Shown piece after piece: positions 47,921-57,683 of a DNA stretch of 64,000 nt (position 1 is its first letter; every line of letters starts with the position of its first letter). The stretch comes from Smithellaceae bacterium (lineage in GTDB: Bacteria; Desulfobacterota; Syntrophia; Syntrophales; Smithellaceae): positions 352,001 to 416,000 of the forward strand of contig CAXXVL010000001.1 of assembly GCA_963667845.2 (NCBI GenBank), read 5' to 3'. The notes beneath the pieces are model-generated. The model had not been told where the DNA came from. It did no database searches and saw nothing but the letters and a program-made list of their open reading frames with translations. The position numbers were made by a program, and so were the translations under genes.

Positions 47921-49384
47921 ATGAAATCAATGCTGAAGAAAGTTATTGTTTCTGTATGCGCGGTTTCTTTTTTGCTGTTTATGGGCTTCGCCCCATCTGT
48001 GGTCCATGCGGCCAAAGCAGACAAAAAAAGTAATGTGGTCAAAGCAGAAGCCGTTAATGCGTTCTTTGACGCGAACAAGATGTCGGATATGTCTGATTTT
48101 GATCCAAACAATCCGGTCATTCCCACCGGGGATACGATCAAGATTGCGGTGGTGATGCCATTCTCGGGACCGGCGGCGTTGAATGGCGAAATGACGTTTC
48201 TTTACGTCCAGTGGGTTGCTCATGACATCAACAAGCGTGGCGGGATCTGGGTCGACGGCAAAAAGAAACTGATTCAGGTCATCAAGGCCGATCACATGTC
48301 CAAACCCGACCAGGCCAAGAAGGTCTGCGAACGGATGATCCTCCAGGAAAAGGTTCACGTCCTGTTCGGCACGGCCGGCAGCAACCTGATGAAGGTCATG
48401 ATGGAGGTCGGCAATAAATACAAGACCATCGTCCACAACTTCGCCGCCCTGTCCGACGATCTCATGGATACCACGCAGTTCAATCGTTATACCTTTATGA
48501 CCACGTATGACACCTCATCGCTCGGCCGCGGCATCGCTTATTATTTCGGGCAGATCCGGAAAAAAGAGAAAAAATTCTATATTCTCTGCCAGGACTATTC
48601 CTACGGCCATGCCATGGCGGATGGATTCAAGCAGGGCATGAAAGAATATTATCCGGAAGCGCAGATTGTCGGTGAAGACTACCATAAACTCTTTCTGACG
48701 GATTTTGCGCCGTATCTGACCAAGATCAAGGCCTCCGGGGCCGAAGCCGTTTATACGGGCGACTGGATTCCCGATCTCAGCAACCTCCTCAAACAGGCGA
48801 GACAGTCCGGGATCAATATCCCATTTGCAGACCGCATTATGGACGATCCGGCTATGCTTGCGGAACTGGGCATCGAAGGTTCGAAAGGGCTGATCAATAT
48901 CACTCAGGGAGAATACATCAACCCTCATTTCAGAACACCGGAGCAGATAAAGTTCCACAAGGTGTGGACCGACCTCTGGAAAAACAAATGGACCAAGCCA
49001 TACAACACGAGACTGATAGCCGATCCGGAGGGACAGATCGCCTCCTACCTGATGCAGCTCTACTGGCTCACGAGCGTCATCGAAAGGGCCAAGAGCACCG
49101 ATCCGGAAAAGATCATCGCAGTCTGGGAGAGTGACAGCTTCAAAACGCTGAGCGGCAAGGTCTTAAGGATGAGGGCCTGCGATCACAAAGTTATCCAGGA
49201 TCTGTCCATCAGTGAGTTTGTCCCGCCGAATCAACAGAAGGTTTCCTATAATATACCTCCCTATTACTGGTTCAACGACTGCTCCTATACGGGAGAACTG
49301 CACGTCATCCCCGCCGCCAAAATTCTCCCGTGGATGGATCAGAAGCTGGACCGCTGTAAGGGAAAGAATAATTGGGGGAAGTAA
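47921..49384 (+). CDS. ABC substrate-binding protein, extended paralog family (copy 4)
   Basis: GGAGG RBS before ATG 47921; signal peptide; same conserved blocks as the other copies. Confidence 0.88.
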   Translation: MKSMLKKVIVSVCAVSFLLFMGFAPSVVHAAKADKKSNVVKAEAVNAFFDANKMSDMSDFDPNNPVIPTGDTIKIAVVMPFSGPAALNGEMTFLYVQWVAHDINKRGGIWVDGKKKLIQVIKADHMSKPDQAKKVCERMILQEKVHVLFGTAGSNLMKVMMEVGNKYKTIVHNFAALSDDLMDTTQFNRYTFMTTYDTSSLGRGIAYYFGQIRKKEKKFYILCQDYSYGHAMADGFKQGMKEYYPEAQIVGEDYHKLFLTDFAPYLTKIKASGAEAVYTGDWIPDLSNLLKQARQSGINIPFADRIMDDPAMLAELGIEGSKGLINITQGEYINPHFRTPEQIKFHKVWTDLWKNKWTKPYNTRLIADPEGQIASYLMQLYWLTSVIERAKSTDPEKIIAVWESDSFKTLSGKVLRMRACDHKVIQDLSISEFVPPNQQKVSYNIPPYYWFNDCSYTGELHVIPAAKILPWMDQKLDRCKGKNNWGK

Positions 49385-49404
49385 ATACTTTATTTAAATC
49401 GCTG

Positions 49405-49441
49405 CAGCACACCCGGAGTGACGGTCACATCGGGTGTGCTG
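49405..49441 (+). terminator. Stem-loop after binding-protein gene
   Basis: CAGCACACCCG...CGGGTGTGCTG. Confidence 0.5.
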
Positions 49442-49558
49442 TCCGCTGCGGGCGCTTTCCGGCTTACTGTGACAGGAGGCAATGGCGGGAGGTTCGGAAT
49501 CATCTCGCCTCCGGTGTACGTTTTTCATTAGAATAAAAAAGTGCTAAAGAGGGAAATA

Positions 49559-51076
49559 ATGATCAGAACAGTTGAACAATATCTCGAAAGAATTAACGAC
49601 GGACGCGAGATCTACTGCCTGGGCGAACGGGTCACAGACATGCGCACGCATCCGACGATCAGCACCATCATCCGCTTCGGCGCCATGGATTACGTTATCC
49701 CGAACGATCCGCGCTACCGGGATCTTTTCGTCACGAAAGATGAAGACGGCGAGGATATTAATTTCCTGCTGACGGCGCCGAAAACCGTTGAGGACCTCCT
49801 GAGGCGGCGCGAATGTTACCTGACGGGCATGCGCGGCGGCGGCGTCATGCTTCACTGCATGGGAATTGACGCCCTGGCGGCCATCACTGTCGCGGCCAAC
49901 AAAATGGACAAGGCCCTGGGCACCCATTATGCCGCCAATGTGGAAGCTTATCGCAAATATTTGCAGAAGGAAGATCTCGGCATCACGGGGGCCATCACCG
50001 ATGTCAAAGGAGACCGCAGCCTTCATCCCTCAAAGCAGGTGCAGCACCCCGACTTCTATCTGCGCATTGTCGAGAGACAGAAGTCAGGCATCATTGTCAG
50101 GGGTGCAAAAATCCACATCAGCGCCACACCGTGTGCGGATGAAGCGATCATCGTCCCCTGCCGGACTCACGGCGAAGACGATAAGGATTATGCCCTGTCT
50201 TTTGCTGTGCCCCTCAATGCCAAAGGGATAAAGCTCCTGGGTGTGGAGCCCATGATGCGTGCTTACGGCGAGGAGGCCAGATTCGATTATCCCCACGCCG
50301 ATATGATTCAGCCGACGGAGTGCCTGATTATCTTCGACGATGTTTTCATCCCCTGGGAACGCGTCTTCATGTGCGGCGAATGGCAATTTTCTCGCGATAT
50401 CGTTTACGCCTTTGCCACCTTCCATCGATTGTTCGGCGCCTCGAAGATGGTGCCGGAGCTCGAACGTCTGACGGGCCTTGTGGCGCTGATTGCGGAGTAC
50501 AACGGCGTCGAAAAGGTTGGCCATATTCGGGAAAAACTGGCCCGGATGGCCTACATCACCCATACCGTCGAATCCCTGGGAAAGATGGCCTGCATCAACA
50601 GTAAACCTGAGCCGGCTTCCGGGATCATGATTCCCGACCTGATGAGCATCAATTCGGCTAAGTACACCTTTGCCAACAACTTTCATGATATGTGCAAGAT
50701 CGCCCATGATATCGGCGGCGGACTGGCCACGACGGTGCCGACATACAAAGATTGGAGCAACCCCGCCCTGCAACCCTATATCCACAAATATCTTGGCGGC
50801 AAGGCAGGCATTTCCACAGAAGACCGCATCCGGGCCTTCCGGGCGATTAAAAATGCCACCCATAACTTCTACCAGATCGATCACGTCAATGGAGAGGGCT
50901 CGCTCGCGGCTCAACAAATGTTTCTTTATTCCAGTGCAAATTGGGCGCAAATGAAAGCAGCGGCCAAACGGATGGCCCATATCGACGGCTGGCAGAGCGA
51001 TCCTTTATACGGACCGATACCCGATTTCGCAGACGTTGTCCCGATGCCGCCGATTGATGAATCTTACGAACTGTGA
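49559..51076 (+). CDS. AbfD/HpaB family protein, divergent (copy 2)
   Basis: Clear paralog of 13484; GAITDVKGDRSLHPSKQ, IIVRGAKIH, IIFDDVFIPWERVFMCGEWQ. Confidence 0.88.
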   Translation: MIRTVEQYLERINDGREIYCLGERVTDMRTHPTISTIIRFGAMDYVIPNDPRYRDLFVTKDEDGEDINFLLTAPKTVEDLLRRRECYLTGMRGGGVMLHCMGIDALAAITVAANKMDKALGTHYAANVEAYRKYLQKEDLGITGAITDVKGDRSLHPSKQVQHPDFYLRIVERQKSGIIVRGAKIHISATPCADEAIIVPCRTHGEDDKDYALSFAVPLNAKGIKLLGVEPMMRAYGEEARFDYPHADMIQPTECLIIFDDVFIPWERVFMCGEWQFSRDIVYAFATFHRLFGASKMVPELERLTGLVALIAEYNGVEKVGHIREKLARMAYITHTVESLGKMACINSKPEPASGIMIPDLMSINSAKYTFANNFHDMCKIAHDIGGGLATTVPTYKDWSNPALQPYIHKYLGGKAGISTEDRIRAFRAIKNATHNFYQIDHVNGEGSLAAQQMFLYSSANWAQMKAAAKRMAHIDGWQSDPLYGPIPDFADVVPMPPIDESYEL

Positions 51077-51225
51077 CCGGATGCAAAAGGAAGCGTGCGG
51101 GTAAACTGCTCGTGGGATATGGACATGATGCGGCAAATGGGAGAGCTTTTGGCTTTTTCAGGCAAGTAGGTAGGCCAAGGTGCCGTCAGAGTAAAACAAT
51201 TAGAAAAAAAGGGAGATTCTTTATA

Positions 51226-52521
51226 ATGGAAAGTATTAAACCGGGTCCTCTATCCGATGTTACCGTCCTCGACTTTACCTGGGTGCTGGCGGGACCTTAC
51301 GCAACCAGGAATTTGACCGATATGGGCGCCAATGTGCTTAAGGTCGAAAAATTCAAGATCGGCACGAACGAGCGTCATCAAGCACGCCGGGTAGAAATAA
51401 ACGGGGTGACGCAGTGCTCCTATCACATCAACCTCAACCGCGGGAAGAAAAGCCTCTGCATCGACCTGAAACACCCTAGGGGAATCCAGTTGATTCATGA
51501 GCTGATCAAGAGAAGCGATATCATCGTGGAAAATTTTGCCCCGGGCGTCATGGACCGGCTGGGACTGGATTACGAGTCGGCGAAAAAGATCAAGCCTGAT
51601 ATTATCTACTGTTCCATTTCAGTCTTCGGACATTGGGGGTACGACGTCAACCGGGCGGGTTATGACATCGTCGCCCAGGCGGCGAGCGGCTGGACGGCCG
51701 TGATGGAAGGTCATGAAATGGCGCCCATGGCGATTGGAGATACGACAGCCAGCATGCATGCCTGCACTGCGATCCTGGCCGCCCTGCATCATCGGGAGAA
51801 AACGGGCCAGGGGCAGAATATCGACATCTCCATGGTCGATTGCCTGTTCTCCATTCCCGAAACATCGTATCCCGCCTTCTGGATCAGCGAGGCCGCGGGC
51901 ATACCGCCTTACAATTTTTCCGTCGCTCAGAAAAGCCCCACGTCTTCGCCGTTCGGTATTTATAATGGTAAAGACGGCTGCATCGCCGTCGCCATGCTCA
52001 CCGACAGCCATTGGCCCGAGCTCGTGGACCTTTTCGGCCCCGAATACGCGTGGATGAAAACCGATGTCCGGACGCGGGATATTATCGGCCGCTGTGTTCC
52101 GGAAAACGCCCCCCTGGTTCACGAGGCCGTCGAAGCCTGGATGATGTCCCAGGATTCCGTCGAAGAAGCTGAACGCAAGCTTTTGAGCATCGGTGCTGCG
52201 GCCTGCCGCGTTAAATCCATTGAGGAGCTGGCCACGACGGACCCTTACATCGGCGCACGCGAAATGAGGCTGAAGAGAGTACAACCTTTTATCGGACCGA
52301 TGACGATGGGGGGAAGCCCCCTGAAATTTTCGGAAACGCCGGCGACGATCAGGGGCTATGCTCCTTTTCTCGGCGAGCACAACCGGAGCGTTCTCTCGGA
52401 AGTCCTGGGTTATTCAGCAGGAGAGATCGATGTCCTCTACAGCCAAGACGTTATCTACGAAGCCCCGGAAGTGAAAGAACTCCCGGAGGAACTGAAGAAA
52501 ATGGCCGGCAAGGAAGCATGA
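51226..52521 (+). CDS. Family III CoA-transferase (CaiB/BaiF)
   Basis: VLDFTWVLAGP, LNRGKKSLCIDLK, ENFAPGV, GYDIVAQA, IGD, APFLGEHN. Confidence 0.92.
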   Translation: MESIKPGPLSDVTVLDFTWVLAGPYATRNLTDMGANVLKVEKFKIGTNERHQARRVEINGVTQCSYHINLNRGKKSLCIDLKHPRGIQLIHELIKRSDIIVENFAPGVMDRLGLDYESAKKIKPDIIYCSISVFGHWGYDVNRAGYDIVAQAASGWTAVMEGHEMAPMAIGDTTASMHACTAILAALHHREKTGQGQNIDISMVDCLFSIPETSYPAFWISEAAGIPPYNFSVAQKSPTSSPFGIYNGKDGCIAVAMLTDSHWPELVDLFGPEYAWMKTDVRTRDIIGRCVPENAPLVHEAVEAWMMSQDSVEEAERKLLSIGAAACRVKSIEELATTDPYIGAREMRLKRVQPFIGPMTMGGSPLKFSETPATIRGYAPFLGEHNRSVLSEVLGYSAGEIDVLYSQDVIYEAPEVKELPEELKKMAGKEA

Positions 52522-52815
52522 GGCAGTCAATCCTGCGGCCATGAACCCTGTGTAAGTGCAACACCCTGATGAAAACTGACTGAAGCAATTGACCGAAAAC
52601 AGTAAAGGAGAGAGAAATGTCGACTTTACTTAAGGGGGCGCGGAACCGTGCACGGTGACGGCCGATATTCAAAGAACATTTTCCAAAAGGCTTAAAGGGA
52701 TTCCGCAAGGGGTTCGATGCAAGGCTTGTTCTGGAAAAAAACGAAACCTGCTCAAAACTCTGAAAAAATGATCTTTCAGATGAGCCTTAATGTTTAAAGA
52801 AAGGATTTTGTATAA

Positions 52816-54477
52816 ATGGAAAAGAAACCCTGGCTGAACCGTTATGACAATGGAGTACCCGCTTCGTTGAGATACCCGCGCATGATCATTCCCGATGTGC
52901 TTCAGGTGCCGGCAAATGCCCTGCCGGACAAAAAAGCCATCATCTATGAGGGAACCTCCATCACCTTCTGGGAACTCCGGAAGCTCGTGTTGAAGATGGC
53001 CAATTCCCTGAAAGATCTTGGCGTGACAAAGGGAGAGCGAGTGGGGCTCCACCTGCCGACATGCCCCCAGTATGTCATTGCTTTCCACGCCGTTTTGTCG
53101 CTGGGCGCTATTGTCGTCAATCTCAATCCCATCTATCCCGCGGATGAGCTTGCCGTCATTGCGGAGCAATCGACCATTACAACTCTGATTACGATCGATA
53201 AAGCTCTGCCGAACGTCAGGAGCCTCTGCGCAAAATTCCACATTCCCCGCGTCATTTTATCGGATTCCGGTGATTTTACCCCTGCCGGACCCAATGCCTC
53301 CAAAGCCGCACTGGATAAAGGATGGCACCAGTTTATGAACTTATTGCCCGAAGGCAATGCTGGTATGGCCCGGATAAGAGTGGACATCAAACCGGAAGAC
53401 CCGGCGGTGATTCAATTCACGGGAGGAACGACGGGTATTCCTAAAGGCGCTGTGTTGACCCATGCCAATGCCATGGCCGCCATGGCCCAGACCACGGTCT
53501 GGAGCATGCCGCGGGTGCGTCTGACGCCCATCGAAAGGCTCTCCACTCTGATTGTTCTGCCGCTTTACCACGTTTACGGGAACGTGGTTTCCAACTGGTC
53601 GATTTACAATTGTGCCACGCAAGTCCTGGTTCGTCAGTTTGAAATAGACAAGCTCATGGATCTCATCGAGTCGATCGGCGAAATTACGTATTTCCCGGCT
53701 GTCCCCACGATGATCAGCGCCGTGATCAATCACCCCAGGGCCAAAGAAATGGAGATCGGGAAGATGATCGGCTTCATGAATTCCGGCGCGGCGCCGTGTC
53801 CGGCGGAATTGATCGAACAGGTCAGGGATGCCGGTATTTTTCTGACGGAGGGGTGGGGAATGAGTGAAACCACGGCCATCGGGATCAGCAATCCGATCAT
53901 GGGTGTAAAGAAAGTTGGCGGTATCGGCATTCCCATTCCGGATACCGATATCAAGCTTGTCGACCTGGAAACCGGACAAACGGAAGTCCCCCCGGGTCAA
54001 CCGGGTGAGATCCTGATCAAAGGACCGCAGGTGATGAAAGAATACTGGCAGAGACCCGAGGAAACGGCCGATCAGTTGAAAGATGGATGGCTCTCCACCG
54101 GGGACGTGGCGGTCATGGATGAGGAAGGATACTTCTTTATCGTCGATCGGAAAAAAGACATGATCATTTCCGGCGGCTTCAATGTCTATCCACGGGAAAT
54201 CGACGAAGTGCTGCACCAGCATCCCAAGGTGGAAATGGCCGTCTCGGTCGGGATTCCCGATGCCTACCGGGGAGAATCCGTCAAGGCCTTTATTGTTCTG
54301 AAAGAGGGTGAAACATCGACGCCGGAGGAAATCATTGCTTTCTGCAAGGAAAAAATGGCGCCTTATAAAGTCCCCCGGTTCGTGGAATTTCGAAAGTCTC
54401 TGCCTCAATCCGCCGTGGGCAAGATCCTGCGGAAAACCCTGCGGGACGAAGAGTTGGCAAAGAACAAAAAATTGTAG
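52816..54477 (+). CDS. Long-chain-fatty-acid--CoA ligase (FadD-like)
   Basis: QFTGGTTGIPKG, EGWGMSE, DRKKDMII, SAVGKILR. Confidence 0.93.
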   Translation: MEKKPWLNRYDNGVPASLRYPRMIIPDVLQVPANALPDKKAIIYEGTSITFWELRKLVLKMANSLKDLGVTKGERVGLHLPTCPQYVIAFHAVLSLGAIVVNLNPIYPADELAVIAEQSTITTLITIDKALPNVRSLCAKFHIPRVILSDSGDFTPAGPNASKAALDKGWHQFMNLLPEGNAGMARIRVDIKPEDPAVIQFTGGTTGIPKGAVLTHANAMAAMAQTTVWSMPRVRLTPIERLSTLIVLPLYHVYGNVVSNWSIYNCATQVLVRQFEIDKLMDLIESIGEITYFPAVPTMISAVINHPRAKEMEIGKMIGFMNSGAAPCPAELIEQVRDAGIFLTEGWGMSETTAIGISNPIMGVKKVGGIGIPIPDTDIKLVDLETGQTEVPPGQPGEILIKGPQVMKEYWQRPEETADQLKDGWLSTGDVAVMDEEGYFFIVDRKKDMIISGGFNVYPREIDEVLHQHPKVEMAVSVGIPDAYRGESVKAFIVLKEGETSTPEEIIAFCKEKMAPYKVPRFVEFRKSLPQSAVGKILRKTLRDEELAKNKKL

Positions 54478-54639
54478 CCTCCACCGGTCGGCAGCGGAAG
54501 GGCAGGGCGCACCGGGGCATGACGACCCTTGTCCCGTGCCCCGTTTACATTTTCCATCAGGTGAAGATAATTTGTCACAGCGCAAGCAAGAGAGAAAATA
54601 AATAAACTATAAACGAACTTTTGAAAGGAGAGTAGGTAA

Positions 54640-56136
54640 ATGAGAAGTATCCGTAACATTGTTCTTTGTATGTTGTGTTTTTTCTTGACGTTGTTTTTGG
54701 GGTTGCAAATTCCGTCTATGGCCTTTGCCGCCAAGGCGGAGAAGAAGGCAAAAGTGGAAAAGGCAAAGGATGCCATCCCCGGCTCCATGGATGAAAAAAT
54801 AAAGAAGGCAATCGCATCAGTTGACTTCAGTAAAGTGAGCGACATGTCGGATTTTGATCCCGCCACGTGGGAGGGTCCGACCGGAGATGTCATCAAGATC
54901 GCTTACGTTAACGCGTTCTCCGGGCCGGGCGCCCTGAACGGACAGCTCCATGTTGCGCCGATTATGTTTGCGGTTCACGACATTAACAAGCGTGGCGGCA
55001 TCTGGGTAGACGGCAAGAAGAAGCTGATCACGGTCATCAAGGCGGACCACATGTCGAAAGCGGATCAATGCAAAAAGATTTGCGAGCGCATGGTCTTGCA
55101 GGAAAAAGTCCACATCCTGATGGGCACTTCCGGAAGCAACATGATGAAGATCATTAATGAGGTTGCCAATAAGTACAAGGTGATCGCCGTGAATGAGGGG
55201 GCGGTTTCCGACGATCTGATGGATGCCACGAATTTCGGACGCTATTCGTTCATGCCCTCCTTCTCCACCGAGCAGGTCGGACGCGGACTGGCTTTTTACT
55301 ATGGCCAAATCCGGAAGAAAGAAAAGAAATTCTATATTCTGTGCCAGGATTATTCTTTCGGCCGGGGGATAGCCGATGGGTTCAAGAAGGGTTTGAAAGA
55401 ATACTTCCCGGAGGCGCAGGTTGTCGGCGAGGACTATCATAAGCTCTTCCTGACCGACTTTGCCCCCTATATGACCAAGATCAAGGCCTCCGGTGCGGAA
55501 GTCATTTACTCAGGCGACTGGACCCCCGATTCCGGGAACCTTCTGAAGCAGGCGAGGCAGATGGGCATTAACATCCCCGTCGCCGATGTTTTTATGAACG
55601 AGCCGAACGAACTGCATGACGTCGGCATTGAGGGAACGAAGGGAATCGTCAACATTGATCAGGCGGAATCGTTCCCCCGCTTCACAAATCCCGCTCAGAT
55701 CAAATTTTACAAAGCCTGGAACGACCAGTGGAAGAAATGGAAAAAAGCGCCATACAACAGCCATCTCTTCGAGCATGCAGGCGGAAATCTCCAGGCTTAT
55801 ATGATGTATGCCTATTGGACCCTCAGTGTGATCGAACGGGCCAAGAGCACGGACGCGGACAAGATTGTGAAGGTCTGGGAAGGCGATACCTTCCGCCAGG
55901 CCAATGGCAAGATCGTCAAAATGAGAGCGTGCGATCACAAGGCGATTCAGGACATGTATGTGTTCGAGTTGGTTCCTCCGAAAGAGCAGAAAATGGATTT
56001 CAATATACCGCCCTATCACTGGTATGAGGGATGCTCTTATTATGGGCCCGGTTACCTGATTCCGGCCGCGAAAGTCCTGCCCCAGATGGACCAGAAGTCG
56101 GACCGCTGCAAGGGGAAGAGCGACTGGGGTGAATAA
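54640..56136 (+). CDS. ABC substrate-binding protein, extended paralog family (copy 5)
   Basis: AAGGAG RBS; signal peptide; IKIAYVNAFSGPGA subtype as in copy 3; DRCKGKSDWGE end. Confidence 0.88.
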   Translation: MRSIRNIVLCMLCFFLTLFLGLQIPSMAFAAKAEKKAKVEKAKDAIPGSMDEKIKKAIASVDFSKVSDMSDFDPATWEGPTGDVIKIAYVNAFSGPGALNGQLHVAPIMFAVHDINKRGGIWVDGKKKLITVIKADHMSKADQCKKICERMVLQEKVHILMGTSGSNMMKIINEVANKYKVIAVNEGAVSDDLMDATNFGRYSFMPSFSTEQVGRGLAFYYGQIRKKEKKFYILCQDYSFGRGIADGFKKGLKEYFPEAQVVGEDYHKLFLTDFAPYMTKIKASGAEVIYSGDWTPDSGNLLKQARQMGINIPVADVFMNEPNELHDVGIEGTKGIVNIDQAESFPRFTNPAQIKFYKAWNDQWKKWKKAPYNSHLFEHAGGNLQAYMMYAYWTLSVIERAKSTDADKIVKVWEGDTFRQANGKIVKMRACDHKAIQDMYVFELVPPKEQKMDFNIPPYHWYEGCSYYGPGYLIPAAKVLPQMDQKSDRCKGKSDWGE

Positions 56137-56175
56137 ATAAGCGCTCCATCAGCAAACATGATGTCAGTCAACGCG

Positions 56176-56213
56176 CAGGGTGCGCCTTTTCATATGGCGC
56201 ACCCTGTCTTTTT
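56176..56213 (+). terminator. Rho-independent terminator
   Basis: CAGGGTGCGCC...GGCGCACCCTG followed by TCTTTTT. Confidence 0.8.
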
Positions 56214-56214
56214 G

Positions 56215-56313
56215 ATCCCGCTTGGGCGGGACGAGCGTTAATTCTCCGCAGCTTGCTGCGAAACAATAATGTTCATTTCATATCTCGACAGCTTGTCGCG
56301 AGGTGGTTGATTA
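56215..56313. repeat. REP-like / IS200-IS605-end-like palindrome cluster
   Basis: Three short hairpins: TCCCGCttggGCGGGA, CGCAGcttgCTGCG, CTCGACAgctTGTCGcGAG, followed by GTGGTTGATT. Confidence 0.4.
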
Positions 56314-56437
56314 ACGAAAAGTTTCGGCAAGAGAGCCTGTCCCGGGACAGCGCCTCAGCACACCCGTCAGAAAATCCTGAGCGTGTCGGGAGTATAAGGA
56401 ATATTTCTTTCCGGTTCCATCTTTCGCGATGATTCCC

Positions 56438-56465
56438 TTGACATCAAGGCGGCGTATCCTATACT
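56438..56465 (+). promoter_or_regulatory. Sigma70 promoter
   Basis: TTGACA (56438)-16 nt-TATACT (56460). Confidence 0.6.
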
Positions 56466-56565
56466 GTTTCCGCAAAAGCATTTCTCAAGCACGGGTTATC
56501 CGAATCCATATTGGCGCCATATTTCAGGAGAACATTTTACAGTCCGGTTGCCGGATGTTGAGATA

Positions 56566-56991
56566 ATGAAGACAGCCAAATACGAAGATTTCAAAATAGG
56601 GGATAAAGCCGAATATACCAGAACCGTCACGGAGGCGGATGTGGCCAAATTTGCGGAGGTCTCCGGAGACTTCAATCCCCTGTATGTAAACGATGAGTTT
56701 GCCCGAGCTACCCGGTTCGGCAAAACGGTGGTCCACGGCTGTTTTTCATCCGCGCTCTTCTCCACCGTGGTCGGCATGAAGCTGCCGGGGCCCGGCGCGC
56801 TCTATGTGTCCCAGACCAGTAATTTCCGCAAGCCCGTCTTTCCAGGGGACACGTTGACCGCCACGGCGGAAGTGGTTGAAAAATTCGCGAAGAAAGAGGG
56901 TTCGCTGAAATTTCTTAAGCTGCGCACGATCGCGACGAATCAGGAAGGAGCCGTCGTCACGGACGGTGAAGCGCTCGTCATCGTTATGTGA
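56566..56991 (+). CDS. MaoC/PhaJ family hotdog dehydratase
   Basis: FAEVSGDFNPLY, RFGKTVVHG, LPGPGALY, FRKPVFPGD. Confidence 0.88.
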   Translation: MKTAKYEDFKIGDKAEYTRTVTEADVAKFAEVSGDFNPLYVNDEFARATRFGKTVVHGCFSSALFSTVVGMKLPGPGALYVSQTSNFRKPVFPGDTLTATAEVVEKFAKKEGSLKFLKLRTIATNQEGAVVTDGEALVIVM

Positions 56992-57046
56992 ACACCTGTT
57001 TATTGCGTCGGCAGGATTTTTCATTTTTCTGACAGGAGGGAAAATC

Positions 57047-57610
57047 ATGAAACCGACAGAAATTCTCAAAGACGAACATAAACTGGTTCTCCTGATGCTT
57101 AAAATCATGGAAGCGGTGGCCGTCAGGCTTGATCAGGACAAACCTGTAAACACGGATGATCTTGAAGCCATCATCGATTTCATCCGCACCTTCACGGACA
57201 AATGCCATCATGCCAAAGAAGAAAAGCACCTGTTCCCCGCGCTGGAAAAAGCCGGGATGCCGCAAAATGACGGACCTATTGCCGTGATGCTCCGCGAACA
57301 CGAGCTCGGCCGCAGCTATACCAGGGAAATGGACGGAGCGCTCGGCCTGATGAAGAGCGGCGATGCGTCTCGCGCGAAGACTTTCGTGGAGAACGCCCGC
57401 GGCTATATCCAGCTGCTGATCAACCATATCGACAAGGAAGAGCGCGTACTGTTCGTCATGGCCGATCAGCTGCTGAGCCCTGCGGCGCAGGCGGATCTTG
57501 CGGAAGGCTTTGAACGCGTCGAACGCGAGGAAACGGGCGCCGGCGTTCACGAAAAGTATCACGCCCTTCTCCACAGGCTGCGTGATGCCTATCTCCAGGC
57601 GTCGGGATGA
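57047..57610 (+). CDS. Hemerythrin/HHE cation-binding protein
   Basis: GGAGG RBS; LKDEH, CHHAKEE..LFP, MLREH, HIDKEE..LF. Confidence 0.9.
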   Translation: MKPTEILKDEHKLVLLMLKIMEAVAVRLDQDKPVNTDDLEAIIDFIRTFTDKCHHAKEEKHLFPALEKAGMPQNDGPIAVMLREHELGRSYTREMDGALGLMKSGDASRAKTFVENARGYIQLLINHIDKEERVLFVMADQLLSPAAQADLAEGFERVEREETGAGVHEKYHALLHRLRDAYLQASG

Positions 57611-57683
57611 GTGGACTTTCGGAGGCGTTGATTGGGAACTCTCTTTGTAGAGCCAGGAAAAGCTTTAGTTGAAAGGAGGATTT

